Assembly (NCBI GenBank): GCA_043777675.1
Contig: JAYWHR010000065.1
Coordinates: 9,992 to 73,991, forward strand
Direction: 5' to 3'
Length of the DNA stretch: 64,000 nt
DNA from: Comamonadaceae bacterium
Lineage (GTDB): Bacteria > Pseudomonadota > Gammaproteobacteria > Burkholderiales > Burkholderiaceae_C
Shown here in pieces: positions 28,989 through 38,453 of this stretch. The notes under the pieces are model-generated. The model saw only the letters and a program-made list of their open reading frames with translations, ran no database searches and was not told the origin of the DNA. Numbering within the stretch: the first letter of the stretch is position 1; the number at the start of each line of letters is the position of its first letter. The translations under genes and the position numbers were made by a program.

Positions 28989-29897
28989 TTAAGGCTTGAT
29001 CGACTTAGCAGCCGTTTTGCGGATCGCTTCATTGATCTCCGCAATGGAGCGCTCAATAGCGGCATCGTCCAAATCATCAACGAAATTGTCTAGGCCGCCC
29101 GCTTGAATAGTTGATGCGAACACGCCATCGCTGATGCTGTCGGTTGAAATGCCTTGCGTGGATTCAAAGGCATCCGGCGTTTCCCACTCCATGGCGATCA
29201 CGGTGACGTTATCGGAATGCTCACCACCCTGGCGCAAGCCCAGCTCGACCACATCGGGCACCACACTGGCCACCGGGGCTTTGCACATGGTGTGAACAAT
29301 ATCGTTATCGTTCACACTACCCCAAAGGCCATCGGAGCAGAGCATGATGCGATCACCTTGCTGGAGCATGTGCGGGCCGGAAATATCAAAAACAGGCTTC
29401 GTCGGCGAGCCAAGGCAAGTAAAAAGCACATTGCGATTCAAGCGATCAAGCTTGATGATGCCCGCTGCATGCTGCTCAACATAAGAATGATCTCGCGTGC
29501 GCGTGACGAGCTCACCATCGCGCATGTAATACAAGCGAGAATCGCCGCAATGCACCCAAGTGGCCGAGCCACCCTGAATCAGCGCAGCCACGAGCGTAGT
29601 GCGCGGCGTATCGAGCATGCCTTTTTCGCTGGCGTATCGAATGATCTGGTGATGCGCAGCCATTAATGCTGAGGTTAGAAATTCAGAGACATTATGAATT
29701 TGAGGGCGTGCTTCTTTTTGAAAGAGCGCGGAGATGGTTTGAAGCGCCAATTGCGCAGCAACTTCGCCTTCTGGATGCCCGCCCATGCCATCAGCGAGCG
29801 CAAACATCGCAGATTCCCGCGTGTAGCTGTAGCCCATACGGTCTTCGTTTTTCTCCCGCCCGCCCCTGCGGCTGACCTGAAATACAGAAAATTTCAT
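28989..29897 (-). CDS. PP2C-family Ser/Thr protein phosphatase
   Basis: NEDR, ADGMGGH, HCGDSRLY, TRDHS, CSDGLW, DNVT. Confidence 0.9.
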   Translation of the reverse strand: MKFSVFQVSRRGGREKNEDRMGYSYTRESAMFALADGMGGHPEGEVAAQLALQTISALFQKEARPQIHNVSEFLTSALMAAHHQIIRYASEKGMLDTPRTTLVAALIQGGSATWVHCGDSRLYYMRDGELVTRTRDHSYVEQHAAGIIKLDRLNRNVLFTCLGSPTKPVFDISGPHMLQQGDRIMLCSDGLWGSVNDNDIVHTMCKAPVASVVPDVVELGLRQGGEHSDNVTVIAMEWETPDAFESTQGISTDSISDGVFASTIQAGGLDNFVDDLDDAAIERSIAEINEAIRKTAAKSIKP

Positions 29898-29911
29898 CGC
29901 CTCGCTCGATT

Positions 29912-30916
29912 TCATTTAACTTTACCAAATCCGGTGGCTCTGCCAACGGCTTTCTTCGTATCGCTGATCACATTATCAAACTGAAGGCGCATTTTCTCGC
30001 CAACAGACAAGCGCGTATAACGCCGCTCGCTTTCCTGAGAAAGCTCTTTTTGCAGCGCAAACACCGATTGCGGGCGAGACAGTGGATCAAGAGACATGCA
30101 CCATTCCACCACTTCAATCAAATTGTCTGAATACACGCCGCGCAGACGGGAGAGCGAAAGCGACAAACGGTCTTTTTCCAAACGCTGCGGTGCATCGTTG
30201 GGCGGATAGCCTTGCATGCTGGCATAAATACAAGCGCCAATCGCGTAAATATCCGTCCACGGGCCCATGCTCGCGTCTCGGCGATACATCTCAGGCGCAG
30301 CAAACCCAGGGGTGTACATTGGGCGAATGAAATTGCCTTCTTTGGAGAGCACCTCGCGCGCCGCGCCGAAATCAATCATCACGGCTTTGTTGTCATCGGT
30401 GATGAAAATATTCGCTGGCTTGATATCTAGATGCAGCATCTTGTGCTGATGCACGATGCGCAAACCGCGCAAAATTTCATCGTACAAGCTGCGGATGGTG
30501 GATTCCCGGAAGACTTTTTGCTTCTTTAATTCACGCGCGGTGATGATGAAATCTTGCAGCGTAGCACCTTCGAGATAATTCATCACCATGTAAACCGTCT
30601 CGTTTTCGCGGAAGAAATTCAACACGGAAACGACAGAAGGATGCGAGATTTGAGCCAGCGAGCGACCTTCTTCAAAGAAACTCTTGAGGCCCAAGCGATA
30701 CAAAGACAATTTATCCGGCTGCACCTGCGGCAGCAGCTCGCCCGGCGCACGCGTGGCTAAGCTAGCGGGCAAGTATTCTTTGATAGCAACCTGCTGGCCT
30801 TCACTATCTACAGAGAGATACACCACGCCAAAGCCCCCAGCAGAAACTTTGCGAACGACACGATAGCCACCAATAACGGTATCGGGCGGCAGGGAAGCGG
30901 GTTTAACTTTAGACAT
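29912..30916 (-). CDS. Hanks-type Ser/Thr protein kinase
   Basis: GGFGVVY, VAIKE, HLDIKPANI, DFG, YTPGFAAPE, DIYAIG. Confidence 0.92.
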   Translation of the reverse strand: MSKVKPASLPPDTVIGGYRVVRKVSAGGFGVVYLSVDSEGQQVAIKEYLPASLATRAPGELLPQVQPDKLSLYRLGLKSFFEEGRSLAQISHPSVVSVLNFFRENETVYMVMNYLEGATLQDFIITARELKKQKVFRESTIRSLYDEILRGLRIVHQHKMLHLDIKPANIFITDDNKAVMIDFGAAREVLSKEGNFIRPMYTPGFAAPEMYRRDASMGPWTDIYAIGACIYASMQGYPPNDAPQRLEKDRLSLSLSRLRGVYSDNLIEVVEWCMSLDPLSRPQSVFALQKELSQESERRYTRLSVGEKMRLQFDNVISDTKKAVGRATGFGKVK

Positions 30917-30925
30917 AATGCTTGC

Positions 30926-31930
30926 ATGTCAGTTTACAGCATGACGGGCTACGCCAGCCTGCAAACCACCCCCCCCACCCCTTCTGGCGCGCAATCCGAA
31001 AGCCCTGCTTCACCCCGCCTCGGCTTAGAGCTGCGCTCGGTCAACAGTCGCTTTCTCGATCTCAGCTTCAAGCTAGGCGATGAGCTGAGAGCACAAGAAA
31101 GCGCCCTGCGCGAGCTGCTCACAGCTCATTTGAAACGCGGCAAAGTCGAGCTGCGCGCCTATTTATCTCATGAGAAGGCGCATGAAGCCGACGCCGCGAT
31201 GCCCAGCGCGCCGCCAGCCGCCCTACTCCAGCAGCTCTCCCATGCGCAGGATCAAATCCAAGCTTGGCTGCCGCAGGCGCGGGCTTTGTCTGTGGCGGAT
31301 GTGCTGCGCCTGAGCACCAGCCCTGGCCAAGCATCGCAAGCTGTGACAGGCGATCTGAGCGGAGCGCTTCTGGCGCTGGCCAAAGAAGCCCTCACGCAAT
31401 TCATGGCATCGCGTGAGCGAGAAGGTGCGCGCTTGGCCGCCATGCTTGCCGGGCACACAATCCAGCTGCGCCAGCTGGTGAAAATCGCCCAGCCGTTAGT
31501 GCCCACACTCGTGGCGGCGCAACAACAACGCTTCATCGAGCGCTTCACCGAAGCCTTGAAGCAAGCCGATAACACTGGCCAGCTCTCCGCCACCGCCGCC
31601 CAAGAGCGCGCCCTCACCGAAGCTGCCGCTTTTGCCATCCGCATTGATGTGGCCGAAGAGCTCACGCGCCTGAACGCACACCTGGATGAAATTGACGGCC
31701 TACTCGCTGGCAAATCCAGAGGCAGCGACAACTCAAAAGCTCAAGCCAAATCGAAAGTCAACGCACAACCCACCGAGCTGGGCAAACGCCTTGATTTCAT
31801 CATCCAAGAGCTGCACCGCGAAGCCAACACCTTAGGCAGCAAATCCTCCACACTCGAACTCTCGCGCATTAGCGTCGATATGAAGGTCCTGATCGAGCAA
31901 ATGCGTGAGCAAGTGCAGAATATCGAATAA
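30926..31930 (+). CDS. yicC: YicC/YloC family endoribonuclease
   Basis: SMTGYA, SVNSRFLD, DVAEEL.RL..H, GKRLDF..QE..REANT..SK, EQVQNIE. Confidence 0.9.
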   Translation: MSVYSMTGYASLQTTPPTPSGAQSESPASPRLGLELRSVNSRFLDLSFKLGDELRAQESALRELLTAHLKRGKVELRAYLSHEKAHEADAAMPSAPPAALLQQLSHAQDQIQAWLPQARALSVADVLRLSTSPGQASQAVTGDLSGALLALAKEALTQFMASREREGARLAAMLAGHTIQLRQLVKIAQPLVPTLVAAQQQRFIERFTEALKQADNTGQLSATAAQERALTEAAAFAIRIDVAEELTRLNAHLDEIDGLLAGKSRGSDNSKAQAKSKVNAQPTELGKRLDFIIQELHREANTLGSKSSTLELSRISVDMKVLIEQMREQVQNIE

Positions 31931-31972
31931 CTATCTTTTTGATAGCAGACTACGCATATTTTACGCCGGCTA
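31930..31972 (-). repeat. 43-bp repeat, copy 4 (abuts yicC stop)
   Basis: Reverse complement tagccggcgtaaaatatgcgtagtctgctatcaaaaagatagt. Confidence 0.78.
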
Positions 31973-32022
31973 TATGCCTTAAATGCTTTCAAAATCAGCT
32001 GAAACGTAGTTAAAATAAAGCT

Positions 32023-32643
32023 ATGGAATTTCCTGGAAATCTTTTTGTTGTTGCAGCTCCGAGTGGGGCCGGTAAATCGAGCCTTGTGAAAGCCCTGATG
32101 GAGCTGGATTCTCAGGTGCAACCTAGCATCTCGCACACCACGCGCTCAGCTCGCGGCCAAGAAAAGCATGGCCGAGAGTACTATTTTGTGAGCGATTCTG
32201 AATTTGAAACGCTTATCGCAGGTCAAGCCTTCTTTGAATGGGCGCATGTGCATGGCAAGCGCTATGGCACTTCGCGCATGGCCATAGAGAGCCGCCTCTC
32301 GCGCGGGGAAGATGTGATTCTTGAGATCGACTACCAAGGCGCGTATCAAATCAAAAAGCTTTTTCCAGAAGCTGTGCTGATCTTCATCTTGCCGCCCAGC
32401 CTTGAGGAGCTTCGTGGCCGCATTGAGCGGCGCGGTGAGGATACGACGGACAGCATCGAGCTGCGCATGCAAAACGCCCGCGATGAGATCATCCAAGCTC
32501 GCAATTTCGATTTCGTTATAATCAATGAGATATTTGAGCGGGCTTTGTTCGATCTGAAAGCTATCGTTTCTGCGCAACGGTTGAAGTTTGTAGCCCAGCG
32601 CCGAGCACGAGCCGCCACCTTCCTCGCACTGAATATTCATTGA
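32023..32643 (+). CDS. gmk: Guanylate kinase
   Basis: [30 protein letters not shown]. Confidence 0.96.
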   Translation: MEFPGNLFVVAAPSGAGKSSLVKALMELDSQVQPSISHTTRSARGQEKHGREYYFVSDSEFETLIAGQAFFEWAHVHGKRYGTSRMAIESRLSRGEDVILEIDYQGAYQIKKLFPEAVLIFILPPSLEELRGRIERRGEDTTDSIELRMQNARDEIIQARNFDFVIINEIFERALFDLKAIVSAQRLKFVAQRRARAATFLALNIH

Positions 32644-32689
32644 GCTGCTTGTTCTCACATCATTTTTTTCGAATCACTGGAGTTATCCC

Positions 32690-32893
32690 ATGGCCCGTAT
32701 CACTGTTGAAGACTGCCTCAAACAGATCCCCAACCGCTTTGAGCTTGTGCTCTCGGCCACTTACCGTGCCCGCATGCTCAGCCAAGGCCACACGCCCAAG
32801 CTGGAGAGCAAAAACAAGCCTTGCGTCACCGCCTTGCGCGAGATCGCTGCTGGCAAAATCGGCACTGAAATGCTGAAAAAAGTGCCTATCTAA
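32690..32893 (+). CDS. rpoZ: RNA polymerase omega subunit
   Basis: [10 protein letters not shown]...NRFELVL.A..RAR, K....ALREIA.G. Confidence 0.96.
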   Translation: MARITVEDCLKQIPNRFELVLSATYRARMLSQGHTPKLESKNKPCVTALREIAAGKIGTEMLKKVPI

Positions 32894-32918
32894 GCCCGTC
32901 TACAACATCTACCTCTCG

Positions 32919-32945
32919 AAAAAGCGCCTTTTCAGGCGCTTTTTT
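32919..32945 (+). terminator. Intrinsic terminator-like hairpin after rpoZ
   Basis: AAAAAGCGCC-ttttca-GGCGCTTTTTT. Confidence 0.6.
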
Positions 32946-32983
32946 CATGGAATTTGCTTCTCTTGTTACCATGTGACTTATCT

Positions 32984-35308
32984 ATGAGTGCAGTGATGAA
33001 ACCCGTCCGTGCCAAGGCATCCGCCAAAAGCCCGAAATTAGCCGCAGATGCAGCCAATGCAGCGGCTGCTAGCTTTGCTGCGCTCATGGCCAAATTGGAT
33101 TACTTGGGGGCAGACGATGTCGATAGCATTCGCCGCGCCTACCGCTTTGCCGACGAAGCGCATTTAGGCCAAATGCGCGGCAATGGCGAGCCTTACATTA
33201 CGCACCCGATTTCCGTAGCTTCCCTCTGCGCCGAGTGGAAACTCGATGCCCAAGCGCTCATGGCAGCACTCATGCATGACACGCTGGAAGACTGTGGCGT
33301 GAGCAAGAGCGAAATCATCGAAAAGTTTGGTTCGCCCGTCGCAGAACTGGTCGACGGCCTCACGAAACTCGACAAACTCGAATTCAACACACGAGAAGAA
33401 AACCAAGCCGAGAGCTTTCGAAAAATGCTGCTTGCGATGGCGCGCGATGTGCGCGTGATCTTGATCAAACTGGCAGATCGCAGCCACAACATGCGCACAA
33501 TGGACGACATGCCCCGCGCCAAGTGGCCGCGCATCGCCCGCGAAACGCTGGATATCTACGCGCCGATCGCTCACCGCTTGGGTCTGAACACCACCTATCG
33601 CGAGCTGCAAGATCTCAGTTTTCGGCATTTGCACCCTTGGCGCTACGCCACGCTCACCCGTGCCGTGCAAAAAGCACGCGGCCGCCGCCGCGATCTGATT
33701 CAAAAAGTGCAGCGTGATATCGAAGCCAGCTTTGTCAATGCCAAGCTCCCTGTCACCATCTCAGGCCGCGAGAAAACCTTATTTTCCATCTACAACAAGA
33801 TGGACGGCAAGCACCTGAGCTTTGCAGAAGTTACCGATATCTATGGCTTTCGCCTAATCGTACCGAGCATCACCGATTGCTATACAGCGCTGGGCGTGCT
33901 GCATCAGCTCTACAAGCCCGTGCCTGGCAAGTTCAAAGATCACATCGCCATCCCGAAAATTAACGGCTACCAATCACTGCACACCACGGTGGTCGGCCCC
34001 AGCGGCGTGAATGTGGAATTTCAAATGCGCACGGAGCCGATGCATGTGGTGGCTGAGAGCGGTGTGGCTGCCCATTGGCTCTATAAGTCTGCCGGGGAGC
34101 AACAAGCGCTTGATGGCGTTGAAGATCCGCCGTCTTCTGCCGCCAGTGCCTCAGCCGATGCTGAGCGCTTAGGCACGCAATGGCTGCAATCCCTGCTCGA
34201 TATTCACAGCGAAAACCGCGAATCAGGCGATTTCTGGGAGCATGTGAAGATTGATCTCTTCCCCGATGCGGTGTATGTGTTCACGCCCAAAAGCAAAATC
34301 ATGGCCATGCCGCGTGGTGCAACGCTTGTGGATTTCGCCTATGCCGTCCACACCGATGTGGGCGACCATACCGTTGGTGCAAAAGTCAATGGCGAACAAG
34401 TGCCGCTGCGCACCGAGCTAAAAAATGGTGATGTGATTGAAATCATCACAGCAGAATTTTCCAAGCCCAACCCGGCTTGGCTAGGCTTTGTGCGAACCGC
34501 GCGAGCGCGCAGCAAAATTCGCCACTATCTGAAGACCCTGTCGCAAAATGAATCGCAAGATTTGGGAGAGAAATTGCTGCTACAAGCGTTGCGCAGCGAA
34601 GGCATTGAGGCACTCCCCGCTTACAAAGAGTCAAACCAAGATGATGCTCCGGTGAACGCGCTGTGGGATAAGCTGCTGCGCTTCTCAGGTAACAAAACCC
34701 GCGAAGAAATGCTCATCGATATCGGGCTGGGCAAGCGGGTGGCCACGATCGTTGCCAAGCGCTTGGTCAGTTTGTTGGCTGAGACCGGTAAAAAACCTGA
34801 TGCGCTGCTCATGAGCAAGGAGCGATTCACGGCGCATGAGCAAATCTCCCAAGGCGCGATTGTGCTTGATGGACGCGATGGCGGCACGGTGCAATACGCG
34901 CCATGCTGCCAACCGATTCCGGGCGACGCGATCACTGGCTACCTCGGGCGGGGCGAAGGTTTGCAGGTTCACACGGATGCATGCGGTGTGGCTAAGAAAC
35001 TCATGCAAAAAGATAAAGAACGCTTCATTGCCGTGGAATGGAGCGACGAACCGCTGCGCCCGTTTGCCACCACTGTCGTCGTCACCGTGCAAAGCGGTAA
35101 AGGCGTGTTGGCCAAGGTTGCGGCGGCTATGGCTTCGGCCGAAGCTGACATTAAAAGCGTGGATTTGGGACGCGACAGCGAGGTGGGCGCACCCACGGCC
35201 GATCTGCGATTTGTGATTGATGTACGGGATACGGCGCATTTGGATGCCGTGCTGCGTACCCTTGCCCGCACAGCCAACGTTCATAAAGCGCTACGGGTTT
35301 CGAGCTGA
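32984..35308 (+). CDS. spoT: Bifunctional (p)ppGpp synthetase/hydrolase
   Basis: HD hydrolase motif MHD..ED, GREK, PK.NGYQSLHT, TGS and ACT domains; gmk-rpoZ-spoT order. Confidence 0.92.
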   Translation: MSAVMKPVRAKASAKSPKLAADAANAAAASFAALMAKLDYLGADDVDSIRRAYRFADEAHLGQMRGNGEPYITHPISVASLCAEWKLDAQALMAALMHDTLEDCGVSKSEIIEKFGSPVAELVDGLTKLDKLEFNTREENQAESFRKMLLAMARDVRVILIKLADRSHNMRTMDDMPRAKWPRIARETLDIYAPIAHRLGLNTTYRELQDLSFRHLHPWRYATLTRAVQKARGRRRDLIQKVQRDIEASFVNAKLPVTISGREKTLFSIYNKMDGKHLSFAEVTDIYGFRLIVPSITDCYTALGVLHQLYKPVPGKFKDHIAIPKINGYQSLHTTVVGPSGVNVEFQMRTEPMHVVAESGVAAHWLYKSAGEQQALDGVEDPPSSAASASADAERLGTQWLQSLLDIHSENRESGDFWEHVKIDLFPDAVYVFTPKSKIMAMPRGATLVDFAYAVHTDVGDHTVGAKVNGEQVPLRTELKNGDVIEIITAEFSKPNPAWLGFVRTARARSKIRHYLKTLSQNESQDLGEKLLLQALRSEGIEALPAYKESNQDDAPVNALWDKLLRFSGNKTREEMLIDIGLGKRVATIVAKRLVSLLAETGKKPDALLMSKERFTAHEQISQGAIVLDGRDGGTVQYAPCCQPIPGDAITGYLGRGEGLQVHTDACGVAKKLMQKDKERFIAVEWSDEPLRPFATTVVVTVQSGKGVLAKVAAAMASAEADIKSVDLGRDSEVGAPTADLRFVIDVRDTAHLDAVLRTLARTANVHKALRVSS

Positions 35309-35387
35309 AGACCTCATTTGCTCACTGATTAGCGCTGCAATCTGTGGCCTAATAGTGGGTTGTATCAATTTTTCTTGGAATTCAATC

Positions 35388-35555
35388 ATGGCCGACAAAA
35401 TCAGAACCGAAGCAGATCGCAAACGCAGCCCTAAGCCTGTATTGCCTAATGGCGTATCTATGCCTGTGAGCCGTGGCCAAAAGGTGAGCTTAGAGCGCGG
35501 CAGCTCCACTAGAAATAAGAAAAACGCGGGCAAGCGTCCGAAAAAAGGCGGTTAA
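35388..35555 (+). CDS. Small basic hypothetical protein (55 aa)
   Basis: ATG-started ORF filling the spoT-FDH gap; 16 of 55 residues are K/R; weak RBS. Confidence 0.4.
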   Translation: MADKIRTEADRKRSPKPVLPNGVSMPVSRGQKVSLERGSSTRNKKNAGKRPKKGG

Positions 35556-35636
35556 TCTCGGCGGGCTGCTGTAGCCTGACGCTGCGATTGATTCAAATGC
35601 GCAGTTTGAACATGCGTGACTCTTGCTTGCCAAGAC

Positions 35637-38453
35637 TCACGCTTTTTGTATTTTTACAGCGCAGTATTTGAATTCTGGGATTTTTCCAAACGGATCAAGC
35701 GCTGAATTGGTGAGCAAATTGGCAGCCGATTCTGCATAGGCGAAGGGAATGAACACCGTATTTACGGGCGTTCCTTCGTCGATGCGCACTTGAAGCACGA
35801 TGCTACCGCGCCGTGAGGCGACCCGCAAACTCTCCCCGGCTTTGACGCTTGCTTGCGTTGCTGTAGCGGCGCTCATCGATACTGTAGCTTCTGGCTCAAG
35901 AGCATCTAGCATGCTGGCGCGGCGCGTCATGGAGCCGGTATGCCAGTGCTCTAGCTGGCGGCCCGTGATGAGCACAACCGGATATTCATCGTCCGGCAAT
36001 TCGTTGGCGGGTATAAAGCCAGCGGGTACGAGTTTGATGCGGCCATCCTTGGTGGGTACGGCGTCTTGAAATACGATAGGCTGGCCTGGATCATCTTCTG
36101 TGAGGCACGGGTAGGTGACTGAGCCTTCTTTTTCAAGCCGCGCCCAAGTGATGCCAGCAATCGCAGTGTGCATCGCTTGACGCATTTCTTCATACACGGC
36201 ACTGGCACCGCTATCGTCGCTCTCGCCACTGCCTTGCGATTCATCATCAGCGCCCGCGTAATCCCAATGCAGATCTAAGCGTTTGGCAAGCTGCTGAATG
36301 ATCCACAAATCATGCTTGGCAGCGCCCGGCAGCGGCAAAGCTTGGCGGCCGAGCTGCACCATGCGATCTGTGTTGCTCACCGTGCCGGTTTTTTCTGGCC
36401 AAGCGCTGGCGGGAAGCACCACATCGGCAAGCCACGCGGTCTCGGTCATGAAAATATCTTGTACGACGAGATGCTCCAAGCTTTCCAGCGCGTGGCGTGC
36501 ATGCGACAGGTCAGGGTCGCTCATCGCGGGGTTTTCGCCCATGATGTACATGCCGCGAATCTTGTGAGGATCTGTCTCTGGCGCGAGGATCTTGTGCATG
36601 ATCTCCACCACGGTGTAGCCGGGTTTGTTATCAAGCTTGGTATCCCAGAAATTTTCAAACCACGCATGTGCCTCTTGGTTGTCCACGCGCTGGTAGTTGG
36701 GCAGCATCATCGGAATCAAACCCGCATCGCTTGCGCCCTGCACATTGTTTTGCCCACGCAGCGGATGCAAGCCTGTGCCGGGGCGGCCAATCTGCCCAGT
36801 GATTGTGGCGAGAGCAATCAAGCAGCGCGCATTGTCTGTGCCGTGCACATGCTGGCTCACGCCCATACCCCAGAGAATCATCGCGCTCTTGGCGGTGGCA
36901 AACGTGGTGGCGACTTCGCGGATCGTTGCCGCATCAATCCCGCAAGCTTGGCTTACAGCTTCCGGTGAAAAATTCGCGACCTGCGCTTTAAGCGCTTCAA
37001 AATTGGTAGCACGCTGCGCAATGAAATCGTCGGCCACCAGCCCTTTTTCTATGATGGTGTAGAGCATGGCGTTGAGCAGCAACACATCTGTATCTGGCTT
37101 GAATTGCAGGCTCTTCCAAGCGTGGCGTGCGATGTCGGTGCGGCGTGGGTCAGCCAAAATAATTTTGCTGCCTTCTTTCGCCGAATTCTTCATCCACGTA
37201 GCGGCCACGGGATGATTCGAGGTGGGATTGCTACCGATGATGAGGATCACTTCGCTGTGCGCCACGTCGTTCACCTGATTGCTTACCGCGCCTGAGCCTA
37301 CGCCTTCCAGCAGCGCGGCAACCGATGATGCATGGCACAAGCGCGTGCAGTGATCCACGTTGTTACTGCCAAATCCCGTGCGCACAAGCTTTTGGAAAAG
37401 ATAGGCTTCTTCGTTGCTGCCTTTGGCACTACCAAAGCCGGCAAGTGACTTTGCACCATATTGATCACGCAAACTCTTGAGCTTACCGCCCGCAAGATTC
37501 AAAGCTTCTTCCCAAGTCGCCTCACGAAATACCTCGCGCCAATCCGCATCATGCGGCAAGATGCTTTTCGGCACGCCAGGCTTGCGAATCAAAGGCTGCG
37601 TCAAGCGCCCATCGTGATGCACGTAATCAAAACCAAAGCGCCCTTTCACGCAGAGCCGCGAATCATTCGCCGGTCCTTTGCGGCCGTCCACGCTGACGAT
37701 TTTGTCGTCTTTGACGTTGTAAGTGATCAAACAGCCCACGCCGCAATACGGGCAGACCGAATCAATTTTTTTATCAACCTTCTGGGAGCCAACTTGCGTC
37801 TTTGGCATCAGCGCTCCGGTTGGGCAGGCCTGCACGCATTCGCCGCAGCCCACGCAACTGCTCTCGCCCATCGCATCAAACTGATCAAACACAATGCTTG
37901 AGTGGCTGCCGCGCTGTGCATAGCCAATCACATCGTTGACCTGAACTTCGCGGCAAGCGCGCACACAGCGCGTGCATTGAATGCAAGCATCCAGATTCAC
38001 CGCCATCGCAGGGTGAGAAAGATCGGCTTTAGGTTGCTCGCGCCGCAGCGCTCTCAATTCGGGGCGCACTTGAACATCCATCACGCTCGCCCACTCGCTC
38101 AGTTCGCCATGCGGCTGCGTTGCATCGTCTTCGTGCCATTTGTAGCCCTGCTCTGGCAAATCTGCGAGCAGCATCTCCAGCACCATTTTTTGGCTTTTTA
38201 CAGCGCGCTCGCTAGTCGCTTTGACCTGCATACCCTCAACGGGCGCGCGGCAGCAGCTCGGCGCGAGCACGCGCTCGCCCTCAACTTCCACCACACAAGC
38301 CCGGCAATTGCCATCGGCTCGCATCCCTTCTTTGAAGCACAGATGTGGAATCTCCACGCCGCTGCGCTTAGCCGCTTGCAAAATGCTCTCGCCGGGAATC
38401 GCCTGCACGGCTTTGCCATCGAGCTCAAAACTGATCACTTCGCGGGCGCTCAT
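35637..38453 (-). CDS. fdhF: NAD-dependent formate dehydrogenase, alpha (molybdopterin) subunit
   Basis: 2Fe-2S (CRAC..E..LAPSC), 2x[4Fe-4S], CPYCGVGC, DHCTRLCH (Cys ligand, no Sec), LRGQNNVQGASD. Confidence 0.9.
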   Translation of the reverse strand: MSAREVISFELDGKAVQAIPGESILQAAKRSGVEIPHLCFKEGMRADGNCRACVVEVEGERVLAPSCCRAPVEGMQVKATSERAVKSQKMVLEMLLADLPEQGYKWHEDDATQPHGELSEWASVMDVQVRPELRALRREQPKADLSHPAMAVNLDACIQCTRCVRACREVQVNDVIGYAQRGSHSSIVFDQFDAMGESSCVGCGECVQACPTGALMPKTQVGSQKVDKKIDSVCPYCGVGCLITYNVKDDKIVSVDGRKGPANDSRLCVKGRFGFDYVHHDGRLTQPLIRKPGVPKSILPHDADWREVFREATWEEALNLAGGKLKSLRDQYGAKSLAGFGSAKGSNEEAYLFQKLVRTGFGSNNVDHCTRLCHASSVAALLEGVGSGAVSNQVNDVAHSEVILIIGSNPTSNHPVAATWMKNSAKEGSKIILADPRRTDIARHAWKSLQFKPDTDVLLLNAMLYTIIEKGLVADDFIAQRATNFEALKAQVANFSPEAVSQACGIDAATIREVATTFATAKSAMILWGMGVSQHVHGTDNARCLIALATITGQIGRPGTGLHPLRGQNNVQGASDAGLIPMMLPNYQRVDNQEAHAWFENFWDTKLDNKPGYTVVEIMHKILAPETDPHKIRGMYIMGENPAMSDPDLSHARHALESLEHLVVQDIFMTETAWLADVVLPASAWPEKTGTVSNTDRMVQLGRQALPLPGAAKHDLWIIQQLAKRLDLHWDYAGADDESQGSGESDDSGASAVYEEMRQAMHTAIAGITWARLEKEGSVTYPCLTEDDPGQPIVFQDAVPTKDGRIKLVPAGFIPANELPDDEYPVVLITGRQLEHWHTGSMTRRASMLDALEPEATVSMSAATATQASVKAGESLRVASRRGSIVLQVRIDEGTPVNTVFIPFAYAESAANLLTNSALDPFGKIPEFKYCAVKIQKA

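Noticed and set aside
28989-30916. Ser/Thr kinase-PP2C pair as a novel defence module
   Set aside because: Fits the usual Burkholderiales rph-PP2C-kinase-yicC neighbourhood as I recall it; no accessory context.
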